Shown: positions 54,509-63,963 of the stretch, one piece after another
Layout: every line of letters begins with the position of its first letter
How positions within the stretch are numbered: the first letter of the stretch is position 1
Virus record (IMG/VR): IMGVR_UViG_2974520824_000001
Location: 7,539 to 71,538 of that record
DNA from: a virus
Strand: one strand, 5' to 3'
Length of the DNA stretch: 64,000 bases
Program-made: the position numbers and the translations under genes
Notes under the pieces: generated by a model
Databases searched by the model: none
Told to the model about the DNA's origin: nothing
What the model saw: only the letters and a program-made list of their open reading frames with translations

Positions 54509-57223
54509 ATGGCTTTGAATCAGCCGCGTTCAATCAACTCCACTAGGCCGTTTCATGCGACGGCACGCGAATATGTTCAAAAGGGTTGGGGCGTACTGCC
54601 TTTGCCCGAACGCAGGAAAGAATACCCTCCCGTAGGCTTCACCGGTCGTGCCGGTCGATTTGCGACAGAGGATGATCTAAATGAGTGGCTTAACCCCAAT
54701 GGCGCATATGTCAAGGGCAACATCGCTATTCGAGTCGGAAATGTCATCGACCTCAAAGGCGTTCGTCATGAAGTCATTGGGATTGATGTCGACGCACATA
54801 GCGGAAAGCGCGGCGCTCGCGATTTGGCGCGTCTTGAAAAGAAGTGCGGAAAGCTCCCCGCCACATGGACTTCCAGTTCTCGCACTGATGGAGTATCTGG
54901 AATCCGATTTTACCTCGTTCCCTACGGCTTTGGATTTAGAGGCCAAGCGTCAGACTGCATCGATATTGTTCAGCGCGTTCATCGATATGCCGTTGTTTAC
55001 CCCTCTTGGCATCCCGAAACCAAAGCCCAATACTTTTGGTATCCTCCTGGGGAATCCCCTGACGGCCAAGGATTTTCGACAGACATTCCTAAGGCAGCTA
55101 CACTTCCGCTGCTTCCCGATGCATGGATCGATGAACTTACCGCTAACCGGCAACAGGATACAGATGGTCAGTACGGCATAGACCTGGATTCAACACCGGA
55201 TGAGCTAAAGGCTTGGCGCGCAAAGGTTTTCAATCCCGATATCCCCGATGAGGTCGGGGGAATGTGCCCGCTCATGCGGAAGGCAGTTGAACGCCACATC
55301 GAAAAGATTGAGTCGTCACCGAGCAATCACGACAAAATCACTCGCGCTCACCATTCGCTGTTAAACCTTGCAGCAGAAGGACATTCGGGAATCTCTAACG
55401 CGATTCAAGAGGTCGAAGCGGTTTGGCTCAAGGATATCAAGGCGAAAGCCAAACGGCCCGAACACATGGTGAAGCGTGAAATCACGCGCAGCTATTGGGG
55501 CGCACTGCGAAAGCTCAAGGCTAAGGCCGATGGTTTCAAAGAGCTTGGGCTGCAACTGTTTTCGGCTGAATGCTGTATTTTGGATAAGGACTGGCAGAAG
55601 CCACCGTCACCGGCGGGGAAAGATGACCGACACTGGATCGACACAATACCATTCGACAAGTCCGTTCCCCCAAGGGAATTCGATTGCAATGATGTCAGCC
55701 AGGCTCACCACTTTCATGATCGAGTGGGGGACAATGTTCGATACCTCAATGATTATAACGCTTGGCTCCTTTACGATGGGAACACTTGGCACATAGACGA
55801 TTTCACGCTAGTTCGTGACCTATTCGATAGGTGCTGTGTTCGACCGTCTCGCGGTCAGGCATTCAAATTGCAGAAGAAACTAGCCGAGCATATGACGCAA
55901 GGCGGTTCAGATTCCGATAACATCGGTGCGCCGTTAAAGCGTGATGCCGCAAAGCTTTTCAAGGTTTCGGACACGTACCGCAATGACCCGAAAATCAAGG
56001 CCATGCTCAATTGCATGAAGTCGATCCCCGGTGTCGCGATGCGCTATTCCGAATTGAATTGGGACGCAACGATTCTCGCGATGCCCGATGGCAACTGCCT
56101 GAAATTGGATGAGCCGAAGTCAAAGCCTGACCCAAAAGCTAAGGGGTTCACTGTTGTTGAAAACGAAAAGCAGTTCTACACGACGATGGCGACGAAAGTT
56201 GAATACCGGCAAGACATTTCACGTCGAGAAATCCAACTCTGGTCTGACTATCTCGACCTTTTTCTGCCAGACGCAGATTACCGTCGCTTTGTTCAAAAAG
56301 CGTTGGGCTACATACTTATTGGTGGCAACCCCGAAAAGCTCGCGCTGTTTCTGGTGGGACAATCGAATACTGGTAAATCCACGATGCTTCAAGCGATTCA
56401 AGGTGTCCTAAATGACTATGGCGCAACGTTTCAGCCGTCTGCGGTTTTCAAAGACGCTGGAAGTGGTCTTAACCCGGAACTCGGGAACCTACTACATAAA
56501 CGCGGTATCTTTTCGAGTGAGTCTGGGTCGCAGAGAATTTACGCTAATCCGCTTAAGAGGAATACGGGTGGAGACAAGATTTCTGTTACCCGTAAGTACG
56601 CCAACGACCAAATCGTCGGGATTCCTCAATTCACCCCTGTTGTTGCAACTAATCAACCACCAACGATCGATGATGCGGACGAGGCGCTAGTCAAACGAAT
56701 CTTGGTGCTGCCCTTCACAACTCGCGTACCTGAGAATCAGAATGACAAACGAGCTGATGTCACTTTGGCCCGAGACGCTAAGCACGCGATTTTCAATTGG
56801 CTGGTGCATGGGTACAAAAGGTATGTGCGCGAAGGACTTTCGCACGATACATGGCATCCGTGGTCGATTGCTGCCACACTCGAATTCGCTAGCGAACTAA
56901 GCGATGTTGCTACATTCCTGAGCGAAACCTGTACTGCCGCAGACGATTCGCTCAAGCAATTCCTGACGAGTGATGTTGTCACGCCGGAACATGAAGCGGC
57001 AGTTAAGGAGTGGTCGAAGGTTTCGGTCAATGGTCTCTATATGGCGTATCAACGCGAATGTGCTGAATCTGGTCAAACACCAATGGCGACAAGACTTTTC
57101 AGTAAGAAAGTCAGGCAGGTATTCGGCGTTACTACGATTCCTGTTCGTCGTGAGGGAAAGGTCGCGAAACACTACCTCGGAATCAAGTATCAAAATGAGG
57201 CATCGAACCAAATCACCACGTAG
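54509..57223 (+). CDS. bifunctional primase-polymerase (PrimPol-like N-terminus) / D5-P4-type SF3 helicase
   Basis: 904 aa; Walker A FLVGQSNTGKST in C-terminal half; N-terminal region typical of phage/plasmid primase. Confidence 0.7.
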   Translation: MALNQPRSINSTRPFHATAREYVQKGWGVLPLPERRKEYPPVGFTGRAGRFATEDDLNEWLNPNGAYVKGNIAIRVGNVIDLKGVRHEVIGIDVDAHSGKRGARDLARLEKKCGKLPATWTSSSRTDGVSGIRFYLVPYGFGFRGQASDCIDIVQRVHRYAVVYPSWHPETKAQYFWYPPGESPDGQGFSTDIPKAATLPLLPDAWIDELTANRQQDTDGQYGIDLDSTPDELKAWRAKVFNPDIPDEVGGMCPLMRKAVERHIEKIESSPSNHDKITRAHHSLLNLAAEGHSGISNAIQEVEAVWLKDIKAKAKRPEHMVKREITRSYWGALRKLKAKADGFKELGLQLFSAECCILDKDWQKPPSPAGKDDRHWIDTIPFDKSVPPREFDCNDVSQAHHFHDRVGDNVRYLNDYNAWLLYDGNTWHIDDFTLVRDLFDRCCVRPSRGQAFKLQKKLAEHMTQGGSDSDNIGAPLKRDAAKLFKVSDTYRNDPKIKAMLNCMKSIPGVAMRYSELNWDATILAMPDGNCLKLDEPKSKPDPKAKGFTVVENEKQFYTTMATKVEYRQDISRREIQLWSDYLDLFLPDADYRRFVQKALGYILIGGNPEKLALFLVGQSNTGKSTMLQAIQGVLNDYGATFQPSAVFKDAGSGLNPELGNLLHKRGIFSSESGSQRIYANPLKRNTGGDKISVTRKYANDQIVGIPQFTPVVATNQPPTIDDADEALVKRILVLPFTTRVPENQNDKRADVTLARDAKHAIFNWLVHGYKRYVREGLSHDTWHPWSIAATLEFASELSDVATFLSETCTAADDSLKQFLTSDVVTPEHEAAVKEWSKVSVNGLYMAYQRECAESGQTPMATRLFSKKVRQVFGVTTIPVRREGKVAKHYLGIKYQNEASNQITT

Positions 57224-57243
57224 CCAAAGGGATTCAAATGCTC

Positions 57244-57434
57244 GGTTACAATGTTTTCCCAGGTCAGAGCATGTGTGTAACTGTAACCGAAATCTCTGAG
57301 GTAGCTAATAGTGTGAGAGAGGTTGTGAGGGAATGTGATAACCCCGTCTAGGTAGGGGTCGTGAATTTCGCTCGGTTACGGTTACAGACCGCCTCCTACC
57401 TGCGAGGATCGTGTAACCGAACTGCTGACCTGGG
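57244..57434. repeat. iteron-like GGTTAC/GTAACC repeat cluster plus inverted 10-mer CCCAGGTCAG (candidate origin/regulatory region)
   Basis: Six GGTTAC hexamers in direct and inverted orientation plus CCCAGGTCAG and CTGACCTGGG 167 nt apart. Confidence 0.4.
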
Positions 57435-57437
57435 CTT

Positions 57438-57749
57438 TTGCAGAATCAACACCAAAATGAAAGGGAGACAATGGAATCCGATGAGAACGAGTCAGTTCGT
57501 AAAAAGATGTTCTGCATTCGATGCGGTGAGGAAATCCTAAGGCACGAACCATATTTCGCGATCCAAAAGGATATTCGTGCAGAGCGGTATTTCTTCCACG
57601 GTGACGAATTGCAGTGCGAGGCAATCCAATTGGCAAAGACCGCGACGTTCTGGCCTGCCAGTGGGAAGACCTGCCAGACATGGGAGCATTTCACTGACCT
57701 GCAAAAGAAAACGCTAATCGATTGGTGCCGAAAGGAATTGACGAAATGA
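57438..57749 (+). CDS. Cys-containing small protein
   Basis: GGGAGACAATG RBS; CIRCGEE. Confidence 0.4.
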   Translation: MQNQHQNERETMESDENESVRKKMFCIRCGEEILRHEPYFAIQKDIRAERYFFHGDELQCEAIQLAKTATFWPASGKTCQTWEHFTDLQKKTLIDWCRKELTK

Positions 57750-57967
57750 TGGGGCTACCGAACATCGACGTTCCGGCCATGATGCAGAAACTAGAGCGTG
57801 GAGTTGTCGCGCTGGAAAAGATTGCAGGCCAACAGAATTCCGGTGAATCAGTCACCGAAGCGCAATTGACCCGATGGTATCAGCGCACGATAGATGGTAT
57901 ATCGAAGAATGAGGCCCAAAGGCTAGCGCACGCAATGATTTTTGACTACGACGTGAAGGTGAAGTAA
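57722..57967 (+). CDS. hypothetical small protein
   Basis: ORF, 81 aa. Confidence 0.35.
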   Translation: MVPKGIDEMMGLPNIDVPAMMQKLERGVVALEKIAGQQNSGESVTEAQLTRWYQRTIDGISKNEAQRLAHAMIFDYDVKVK

Positions 57968-58374
57968 TGATCGGTGGGCATGGGCATGTGGTTCCGCGAC
58001 CGGACGGAATGAAGGCCCGATGTGGTGGACCGGGAATGTGTGCTGAATGTTCAAGAGAGCAAGCACAATTGAATGATCCAATCAACGTAGCAGAGGCCAA
58101 GCTTGAAATGTGGCGTCAAGGTGGAGGAATCACCTATATCGCCTCTGCGCTGGATGCCCTAATCAATGCCGTTAAAGCACAACGGGTTTCGGTAATCGGA
58201 ACGAACGTAATCGGCACAGGCGGGGAAATCGTTAGCGCGATACCGGATGAGGTTGACGAGGGCACACTTTCAAGCGCATTATGGGATATAGCGCGGGAAG
58301 GCCATGCCGGGAATTTCAATCCGCAGTTTGTAGCGCGAGAGTTGTTGAAACGCTTCGTGATTCAAGAGAGGTAA
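57967..58374 (+). CDS. hypothetical protein
   Basis: ATGA overlap. Confidence 0.4.
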   Translation: MIGGHGHVVPRPDGMKARCGGPGMCAECSREQAQLNDPINVAEAKLEMWRQGGGITYIASALDALINAVKAQRVSVIGTNVIGTGGEIVSAIPDEVDEGTLSSALWDIAREGHAGNFNPQFVARELLKRFVIQER

Positions 58375-58377
58375 CAA

Positions 58378-58743
58378 ATGACCGAAGGACCGATGGACCC
58401 GAACAATTACGGTTTTGATGGGCCGACTGAATTCTCTTGGGGCGCAGGGCTATTCCCTCCCGGTATTGCAGACAATGAAGGCCAGTCTCGCTATCAGGAT
58501 GACTTCGGAGACAACATGATTCCGCAGACGAATCGAATCGGAGGTAGTGACGATGCATACGCTAGGGCCGTGGCAGACCGCAGGACTGATTCTACTGATC
58601 CTGATAGTGGCCGTGATTTTGAGACGCTTGGTAATCCTGATCGTTACGGCAAACAGCCTCCGCTTGTCCGAGATTCGCCGCAGCGCAACGTTTCTCAACG
58701 GGACGACCGAGTTGAGCGTAAACCCCTCGAAAGAGGATGGTGA
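58378..58743 (+). CDS. hypothetical low-complexity Asp/Gly/Pro-rich protein (alternative to overlapping 58547 ORF)
   Basis: AGAGAGGTAACAAATG RBS; overlaps 58547 ORF by 197 nt; unclear which is real. Confidence 0.3.
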   Translation: MTEGPMDPNNYGFDGPTEFSWGAGLFPPGIADNEGQSRYQDDFGDNMIPQTNRIGGSDDAYARAVADRRTDSTDPDSGRDFETLGNPDRYGKQPPLVRDSPQRNVSQRDDRVERKPLERGW

Positions 58744-58885
58744 TAGTTCCAATTCAATTGCAACAGAAGACAATCCACCTAGTTCTACCGGAATCGTGCC
58801 AGGTGGTGTAAGCTGGACATCGGCACCACCTGTGCCAAATCCCAAGGCCCGCATGAGTATTCGGGTAGGAAAGAGAACTAAATGA
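58547..58885 (+). CDS. small membrane protein (one strong TM helix)
   Basis: GGAGGTAGTGACGATG RBS; GLILLILIVAVILRRLVILIV. Confidence 0.35.
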   Translation: MTMHTLGPWQTAGLILLILIVAVILRRLVILIVTANSLRLSEIRRSATFLNGTTELSVNPSKEDGDSSNSIATEDNPPSSTGIVPGGVSWTSAPPVPNPKARMSIRVGKRTK

Positions 58886-59193
58886 TTGAGTTCGTGTCCA
58901 ACAACCCAGGAATTACCCTGGCCGCAATGTTGATGTTTTTCGCTCTCGCGTGGAATCTGGTGGATCGGATCGCAGAAGTCAGGCGAACCAAATGGCTATC
59001 CACCAATTGCTTGAAATGTGCTGAGCGGGAACAGAATCCACCAAACCTGTTGAATGATCCAGGTTTTGAGGCAGCCGACAAATTCGACAATGCAGTGTTC
59101 GACCTGCATACGTTCGTGAAGTTCCTTGATGAAAAGGGTTGTCTCCGTGAAGGATTCCGCTACGACAAGGTAGTGGAGGAATACATCGCATGA
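58882..59193 (+). CDS. small membrane protein
   Basis: TM ITLAAMLMFFALAWNLV; ATGA overlap. Confidence 0.4.
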   Translation: MIEFVSNNPGITLAAMLMFFALAWNLVDRIAEVRRTKWLSTNCLKCAEREQNPPNLLNDPGFEAADKFDNAVFDLHTFVKFLDEKGCLREGFRYDKVVEEYIA

Positions 59194-59294
59194 TTACGTG
59201 GCGAATGTTGTTGGCCGTCATGGCATTTGCCGCTGTTGTATCAGTCGGAAGTATGTGGCTCGCACTAGAATTCGGACAGGGGTTTTGCAAATGA
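59190..59294 (+). CDS. 34-aa hydrophobic membrane peptide (micro-ORF)
   Basis: ATGA overlaps at both ends; MITWRMLLAVMAFAAVVSVGSMWLALEFGQGFCK; not in ORF track. Confidence 0.35.
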   Translation: MITWRMLLAVMAFAAVVSVGSMWLALEFGQGFCK

Positions 59295-59551
59295 AACTCA
59301 TCGGCATTTGGGTCTTCATCGTTGGAGTCCTTTTGACATTGACCGGTGTTTGGTCGATATTCGATTTCCTCGCAAGGGATTTGGACTTGCAGCTTGGAAT
59401 CGGAGCGTTGATTCGTGTGGTCAACGGAACTACGTTCATCATGATTTCGATGGCGATTTACCGGGCGCATCAATACCTGGAACAGCCAACGAAGTTTGAA
59501 TTCCCTTCTCTTTCAAAGCTTTTGAAGGGGAATGACGATGACAAGATATGA
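59291..59551 (+). CDS. small membrane protein (2 TM)
   Basis: MKLIGIWVFIVGVLLTLTGVWSIF; track start 59198 would override the micro-ORF. Confidence 0.45.
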   Translation: MKLIGIWVFIVGVLLTLTGVWSIFDFLARDLDLQLGIGALIRVVNGTTFIMISMAIYRAHQYLEQPTKFEFPSLSKLLKGNDDDKI

Positions 59552-60488
59552 CGCGAATTCGGTAGACTACGCCATCGCGCAAAGAGGCTTCAAAGATATT
59601 GGAGTCATTCAGACTAACGATCAAGTCGTTAGGTTGATTGAGGGTCGCAACTTTCAGGAAATCCCGGTCGAATACAAGTCACGTCCTTTTGAAGACGCAA
59701 ATCCTTGGCCTCCCAAGATGTTTCGGTGCTCTCTGTGCCGCAAGGATTTCGATTCGATTGATTCACACTTGCGTCATGACCGATGCGAAGCGTCAACGTG
59801 CTTTTGCCGCAATTGTGGTGAGAGCGTTGATCTTTGGGATGGTGATTCAGAAGAAGATTTCTGCCTGCCGACGCTTCATGAGTGCAGCGATCAAGGGCGG
59901 CATTCGTATGAAACCCGTACTAGCGCAACGTATTACGTTCGGGTGACTGGATTCGGCAATCGTGGAAAGCACCATTACGACCCTACGCGCAAACAGTTCG
60001 TTTGGGTCGAAAGCCTAACTGACGCAGGCAAATTCAGGATGGTGTCGAATAAGACCAAGCCAATGATCGGTCGATTCAGCAACGGGATGCCAGCGTATGC
60101 CAATGAAGACGGCACGATTTCTAGCGGTCGAATCCCTTGCAGCAAAACCGATTTCACGTTCATTCCCAACGATGCGATTCCACCGGGCTACACGATTCCT
60201 GATGGAATGGTCGATGATCTGAAAGCCTATGTGGCAGAACGCTTTCCGAATGGACTGCCGAAAGTTGTGCAGGGCCGACGTTGGGGCAAGTCTCCCACGG
60301 GCGGGGAATTCGTATCAAAGCTTTTGGCTCGCTTCATGTTTCGGGGTAAAAAGCCGGAAGTTGATGAAGACGACCTAGATGATTGCCAATGTGATTGTGC
60401 GCCATGCCAATCCGGCAATCATTGCGAAGACATCCTGAAAGACTGCTACGAGGGAGAATATGACTATGATGAACACTTCTACCATTAA
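59532..60488 (+). CDS. Cys-rich protein (318 aa)
   Basis: Multiple Cys pairs (CSLCRK, CFCRNCG, CQCDCAPCQSGNHC). Confidence 0.45.
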   Translation: MTMTRYDANSVDYAIAQRGFKDIGVIQTNDQVVRLIEGRNFQEIPVEYKSRPFEDANPWPPKMFRCSLCRKDFDSIDSHLRHDRCEASTCFCRNCGESVDLWDGDSEEDFCLPTLHECSDQGRHSYETRTSATYYVRVTGFGNRGKHHYDPTRKQFVWVESLTDAGKFRMVSNKTKPMIGRFSNGMPAYANEDGTISSGRIPCSKTDFTFIPNDAIPPGYTIPDGMVDDLKAYVAERFPNGLPKVVQGRRWGKSPTGGEFVSKLLARFMFRGKKPEVDEDDLDDCQCDCAPCQSGNHCEDILKDCYEGEYDYDEHFYH

Positions 60489-60729
60489 GCGTCAACCGAC
60501 CGTAGCAGAGGTTCGGGAAGCGAAAGCTGTTCGGCGCGTAATGATTTGCGATGAACCCTACGCTGTAGGCCAACGTCGTTACGATACCGCGATTCGGATT
60601 CGTGATGTTGATGCGATGTCGGATGAAGCGATTCAAAAGGACATCGAACGAATTGAGCAGGCGCAGAACAAGATTGTCGAAGTGAAGTGCTTGAGCGTCA
60701 AGGGAATTCAGTGGGAGATTGATCGATGA
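60460..60729 (+). CDS. hypothetical small protein
   Basis: ORF, 89 aa. Confidence 0.4.
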   Translation: MTMMNTSTIKRQPTVAEVREAKAVRRVMICDEPYAVGQRRYDTAIRIRDVDAMSDEAIQKDIERIEQAQNKIVEVKCLSVKGIQWEIDR

Positions 60730-61079
60730 CGTATGCCTATCATTGGTCACCGGCATACAACCATGATTCAATCATCAAGCGCGGCTTGCTAGTTCCGAAG
60801 GATCACCCGCGTTTGACTACTCCGGTCACATGCTCGGAAGGCCATCGAAATCCTCACATTTCATTGGGTCGAACCCCTTTGCACGCTTGGGAATTGAGCG
60901 GTGGATTTCTCAAAGACTGCACTGAGAGGGATTTCGCGCTCAAGTGGGATTTGTGGCAGGTTGATATTGGGCCTACTCGTAAGTGGCGTGAAGACGACCA
61001 TGAGTATGCGTCCACGAAAGATATTGCCCCGCAATGGGTTACGTACTTAGCGACTAGATCGATGTTGGAGCACGCATAA
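60726..61079 (+). CDS. hypothetical protein
   Basis: ATGA overlap. Confidence 0.4.
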   Translation: MTYAYHWSPAYNHDSIIKRGLLVPKDHPRLTTPVTCSEGHRNPHISLGRTPLHAWELSGGFLKDCTERDFALKWDLWQVDIGPTRKWREDDHEYASTKDIAPQWVTYLATRSMLEHA

Positions 61080-61439
61080 ATGGGAATCGCAATTCTGGAC
61101 GAAGGCCACAAATTCACCGCATCATTTCTCGCATCGCTTAACCCGCCGCGATGGGATATCGGGATTGACTTAGGTGATGGCACATACGATTTGATTGGGT
61201 TTTCGGTAGAGGAACCGAATCCTGAGGACATGCTAGTTCCTCGCGTAATCCATTTCGCCCCAGCGTTTTTGCATGAGTTCGATTCGTACCCGCGTGCAAT
61301 CTGTGATCGGTTCCCGCAGTGGAAAGTCAGCCCGTATTTCGTAACCTACAAATCCGAACGCCTGCAACGACATTGGATTTGGAAACGGTCGAAGCAATTC
61401 AATGAGGCCGGGTTTGAACTCGCGACATGGCCGGATTAG
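61080..61439 (+). CDS. hypothetical protein
   Basis: ORF, 119 aa. Confidence 0.4.
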   Translation: MGIAILDEGHKFTASFLASLNPPRWDIGIDLGDGTYDLIGFSVEEPNPEDMLVPRVIHFAPAFLHEFDSYPRAICDRFPQWKVSPYFVTYKSERLQRHWIWKRSKQFNEAGFELATWPD

Positions 61440-61726
61440 AAAGGGAGACAATGACAGTGAAAGAGTACGCACGGTGGCATCGTCTCGCGAGCGAGAATCT
61501 GATGGATGCTGCAATTGCAATGGAAGATGAAGGCCAGGCGCATAAGGCTGCCGAACATATAAGGGCCGCAGAGGAATACGCGAAGCTTGCGTTCGATCAC
61601 GTATCTGGCGAATTCACTCGCGCTCTGAATCAAGGCATCACCGGATCGATTGCGTTCCTCAAGATGATGGTCGAATCGGGCAGGCTTTCAAAAAGAGCCG
61701 ATGATGTTGCGGCGCAAGACAACTGA
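61427..61726 (+). CDS. hypothetical protein
   Basis: GAAAGGGAGACAATG RBS. Confidence 0.4.
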   Translation: MAGLERETMTVKEYARWHRLASENLMDAAIAMEDEGQAHKAAEHIRAAEEYAKLAFDHVSGEFTRALNQGITGSIAFLKMMVESGRLSKRADDVAAQDN

Positions 61727-61919
61727 GCAAAGCTGGCGTGAGGTCAGCAAATCGTTCATATGGTTGCGCGGCTATGTCGATGAGTGCGGAACGTTCTGCT
61801 CTGACGAACTTGATAAATTATCAAGCATCGCAGAGGAATTGGCGACCAAAGGACTAGTTGGAAATGGGCAGCAGGCCAAAGGGCAAGTGCCGCATAGTGA
61901 TTCTGCGGAGACGCCGTGA
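61701..61919 (+). CDS. hypothetical small protein
   Basis: ORF, 72 aa. Confidence 0.3.
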   Translation: MMLRRKTTEQSWREVSKSFIWLRGYVDECGTFCSDELDKLSSIAEELATKGLVGNGQQAKGQVPHSDSAETP

Positions 61920-61932
61920 TTACCTAGAGCGC

Positions 61933-62136
61933 ATGATTGCCGAAGACCCCGAGGGCGGTCTATCATGGGATAAGGCCGAAAAGTCTGCGCTTGATTGGGC
62001 AATCGAAACCCTTGAGAGCAACGGACTTTCGGACGATGACCGAATCGTTTGCCACTATTGCGGAAAGAAGTATCCACCAGACAAGTTGGATCGACACCGC
62101 GAGAGATGCGAGATGGAATATGAGCGCGCCGGTTAA
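61933..62136 (+). CDS. small Cys-containing protein (CHYCG...C)
   Basis: ATG 61933 in frame with track ORF 61858. Confidence 0.35.
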   Translation: MIAEDPEGGLSWDKAEKSALDWAIETLESNGLSDDDRIVCHYCGKKYPPDKLDRHRERCEMEYERAG

Positions 62137-63364
62137 ATTCGTCGGAAACCCTACTGGCCCAATGAAATTCATCAAAGAACTGGGCCGTGAGGTTCCGACC
62201 TTTGTTGAAAAGCCAGGTGGGAAGACGAAAGCCCTTCGGCACCATGTACCTTTGGAGTGCCGAGGGGATTACCGGCCATCCGATTTGGCAAACTTTGATC
62301 CCGAATTCAATTACAGGACAGACCCTTTCGGAAGGGTTCTCTGCTATGCGTACACAAAAGCCGGTGAACGGTGCTCAAAGCGTGCGGTCAATCGTTACCC
62401 GCGCTGCGATATCCACGGTGGTCGAATTCACCCGCTGGACAAGATTGCTCCGAAATCCGGTGCAGATCAAGCGGTTTCACGGTATCAGCTCTTTAAGGCT
62501 GGGCAGATCGGTGTTGACGATCTGGACGACGAAGAACTCGCTACGTGTGGATTTCGCGCTTCGGATGGTCGAATCTATAAGCCTCGCAACGTTCCTCGTG
62601 AAATGGCCCAAGCATTCACGAAGGCCATCTATGAGCGTGCGCAAGAGCAATTACGTGCTCTAACAGTCGATGCCGTACAGACTTTGGGCGACATCATGAA
62701 GAATAAGTCGGTCGAACCCGATGTGCGCCTAAAGTCTGCCCTTTCAATTATCGAACGCAACCTTGGGAAAACGCCTCAGGCCGTTGTGCTTTCGACAGAG
62801 AAGCCATTTGAGGAAATTTTTGATGACATCGAACACGGAAGCCGTGAAGACTACCGACGATCCAAAGCCATTGAGTCAGAACGAATTATCGAAGCAGAAA
62901 TCGTTCCCGACCCAGGACGAAATCGACCGGATTTTGCTGATGCAGATGAAAGCCGATCTGGAAGTGATGGAACAGATCGTGGAAGCGTTGGGGGAGAACA
63001 GGATTCGGTACAAGGTTCCGATGCGGGCCAATCTGACGCGGATGAATCAGCTGGTGGATTCGTTAACCCGCGTATGTACGAGCGAAACGAAGCCGTCCTA
63101 GCACAAGTGGTGGAGCGCAAGCCATTTGAATATGACTTGAGCGATCATTCCGAAGATGTCAAAAAGGCAACCCAAAAGCGGTATGTCGCAAGGGCATTGG
63201 GCGAAGACATCATCGAAGGAACCGGGCCATACGAAACAGAGGAAATCCCTCTGCCTGACGGTGGCCGCATAATTAAGAACGTCGATCCAGAACGCCCAAA
63301 ACCCAAGAGCGACAAAGATTCTCGGGCAAAGAGTCGAAAGCGGTTCACGCTAGACGACTTCTGA
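62120..63364 (+). CDS. hypothetical protein with Cys/His cluster and acidic low-complexity region
   Basis: ATG 62120 in frame with track ORF 61937; CYAYTKAGERCSKRAVNRYPRCDIHGG. Confidence 0.45.
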   Translation: MSAPVKFVGNPTGPMKFIKELGREVPTFVEKPGGKTKALRHHVPLECRGDYRPSDLANFDPEFNYRTDPFGRVLCYAYTKAGERCSKRAVNRYPRCDIHGGRIHPLDKIAPKSGADQAVSRYQLFKAGQIGVDDLDDEELATCGFRASDGRIYKPRNVPREMAQAFTKAIYERAQEQLRALTVDAVQTLGDIMKNKSVEPDVRLKSALSIIERNLGKTPQAVVLSTEKPFEEIFDDIEHGSREDYRRSKAIESERIIEAEIVPDPGRNRPDFADADESRSGSDGTDRGSVGGEQDSVQGSDAGQSDADESAGGFVNPRMYERNEAVLAQVVERKPFEYDLSDHSEDVKKATQKRYVARALGEDIIEGTGPYETEEIPLPDGGRIIKNVDPERPKPKSDKDSRAKSRKRFTLDDF

Positions 63365-63500
63365 TAGCGAATTCGCGTGTGTCCCTTGGCAATCCAGCCT
63401 GGGCGGGGTACCCTAATGTCGAAGGGTGGTCGCCGCTGGCTGCATAGCCCTACCCCGCAGAAAGCCGAAAAGGCTTGTAAGAGAAAGGTTTACGAGCCAA

Positions 63501-63746
63501 ATGGCTAAGAAGCGTTTCACTCCGGTCAAGCAAGTTGGTCCGAACACGTCCGATCCGATCAATGCTATTCCGCGTGATCGGGACAATACCGACGATTTGC
63601 TCGCCGCCGAACAAGCTGTGCACACACGTTATTCACACATTCGTGCGCCGCAGGGAACCAAGTCCAAGTCTGCTACCAAGGGTGCATTCGATCCGGCAGA
63701 TAACACCGCATTCAATGGGAACAAGGTCGTCACGCGAAAGACGTAG
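63501..63746 (+). CDS. hypothetical small basic protein
   Basis: ATG after GAGAAAGG; follows structured intergenic region. Confidence 0.4.
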   Translation: MAKKRFTPVKQVGPNTSDPINAIPRDRDNTDDLLAAEQAVHTRYSHIRAPQGTKSKSATKGAFDPADNTAFNGNKVVTRKT

Positions 63747-63772
63747 ACGAATATCGAAGGGAGGCAACCCAA

Positions 63773-63961
63773 TTGAGCGCCAATCGTAGCGAGGCCGTTG
63801 CCATCGCTCGGGCAGCCGTTGGGATTGAAGGGAACCGGTCAGTCCTCGACCCGCTGGCCGGTATCCCGAATCATCCCTTCTTTGATCGGAAGCTCCGATT
63901 TTTCAGTGGCTGTGACAGCAAGGGACGAATTCGCCTGTACGCCATGACAATTCAGGATTAA
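63773..63961 (+). CDS. hypothetical small protein
   Basis: ORF, 62 aa. Confidence 0.3.
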   Translation: MSANRSEAVAIARAAVGIEGNRSVLDPLAGIPNHPFFDRKLRFFSGCDSKGRIRLYAMTIQD

Positions 63962-63963
63962 CT

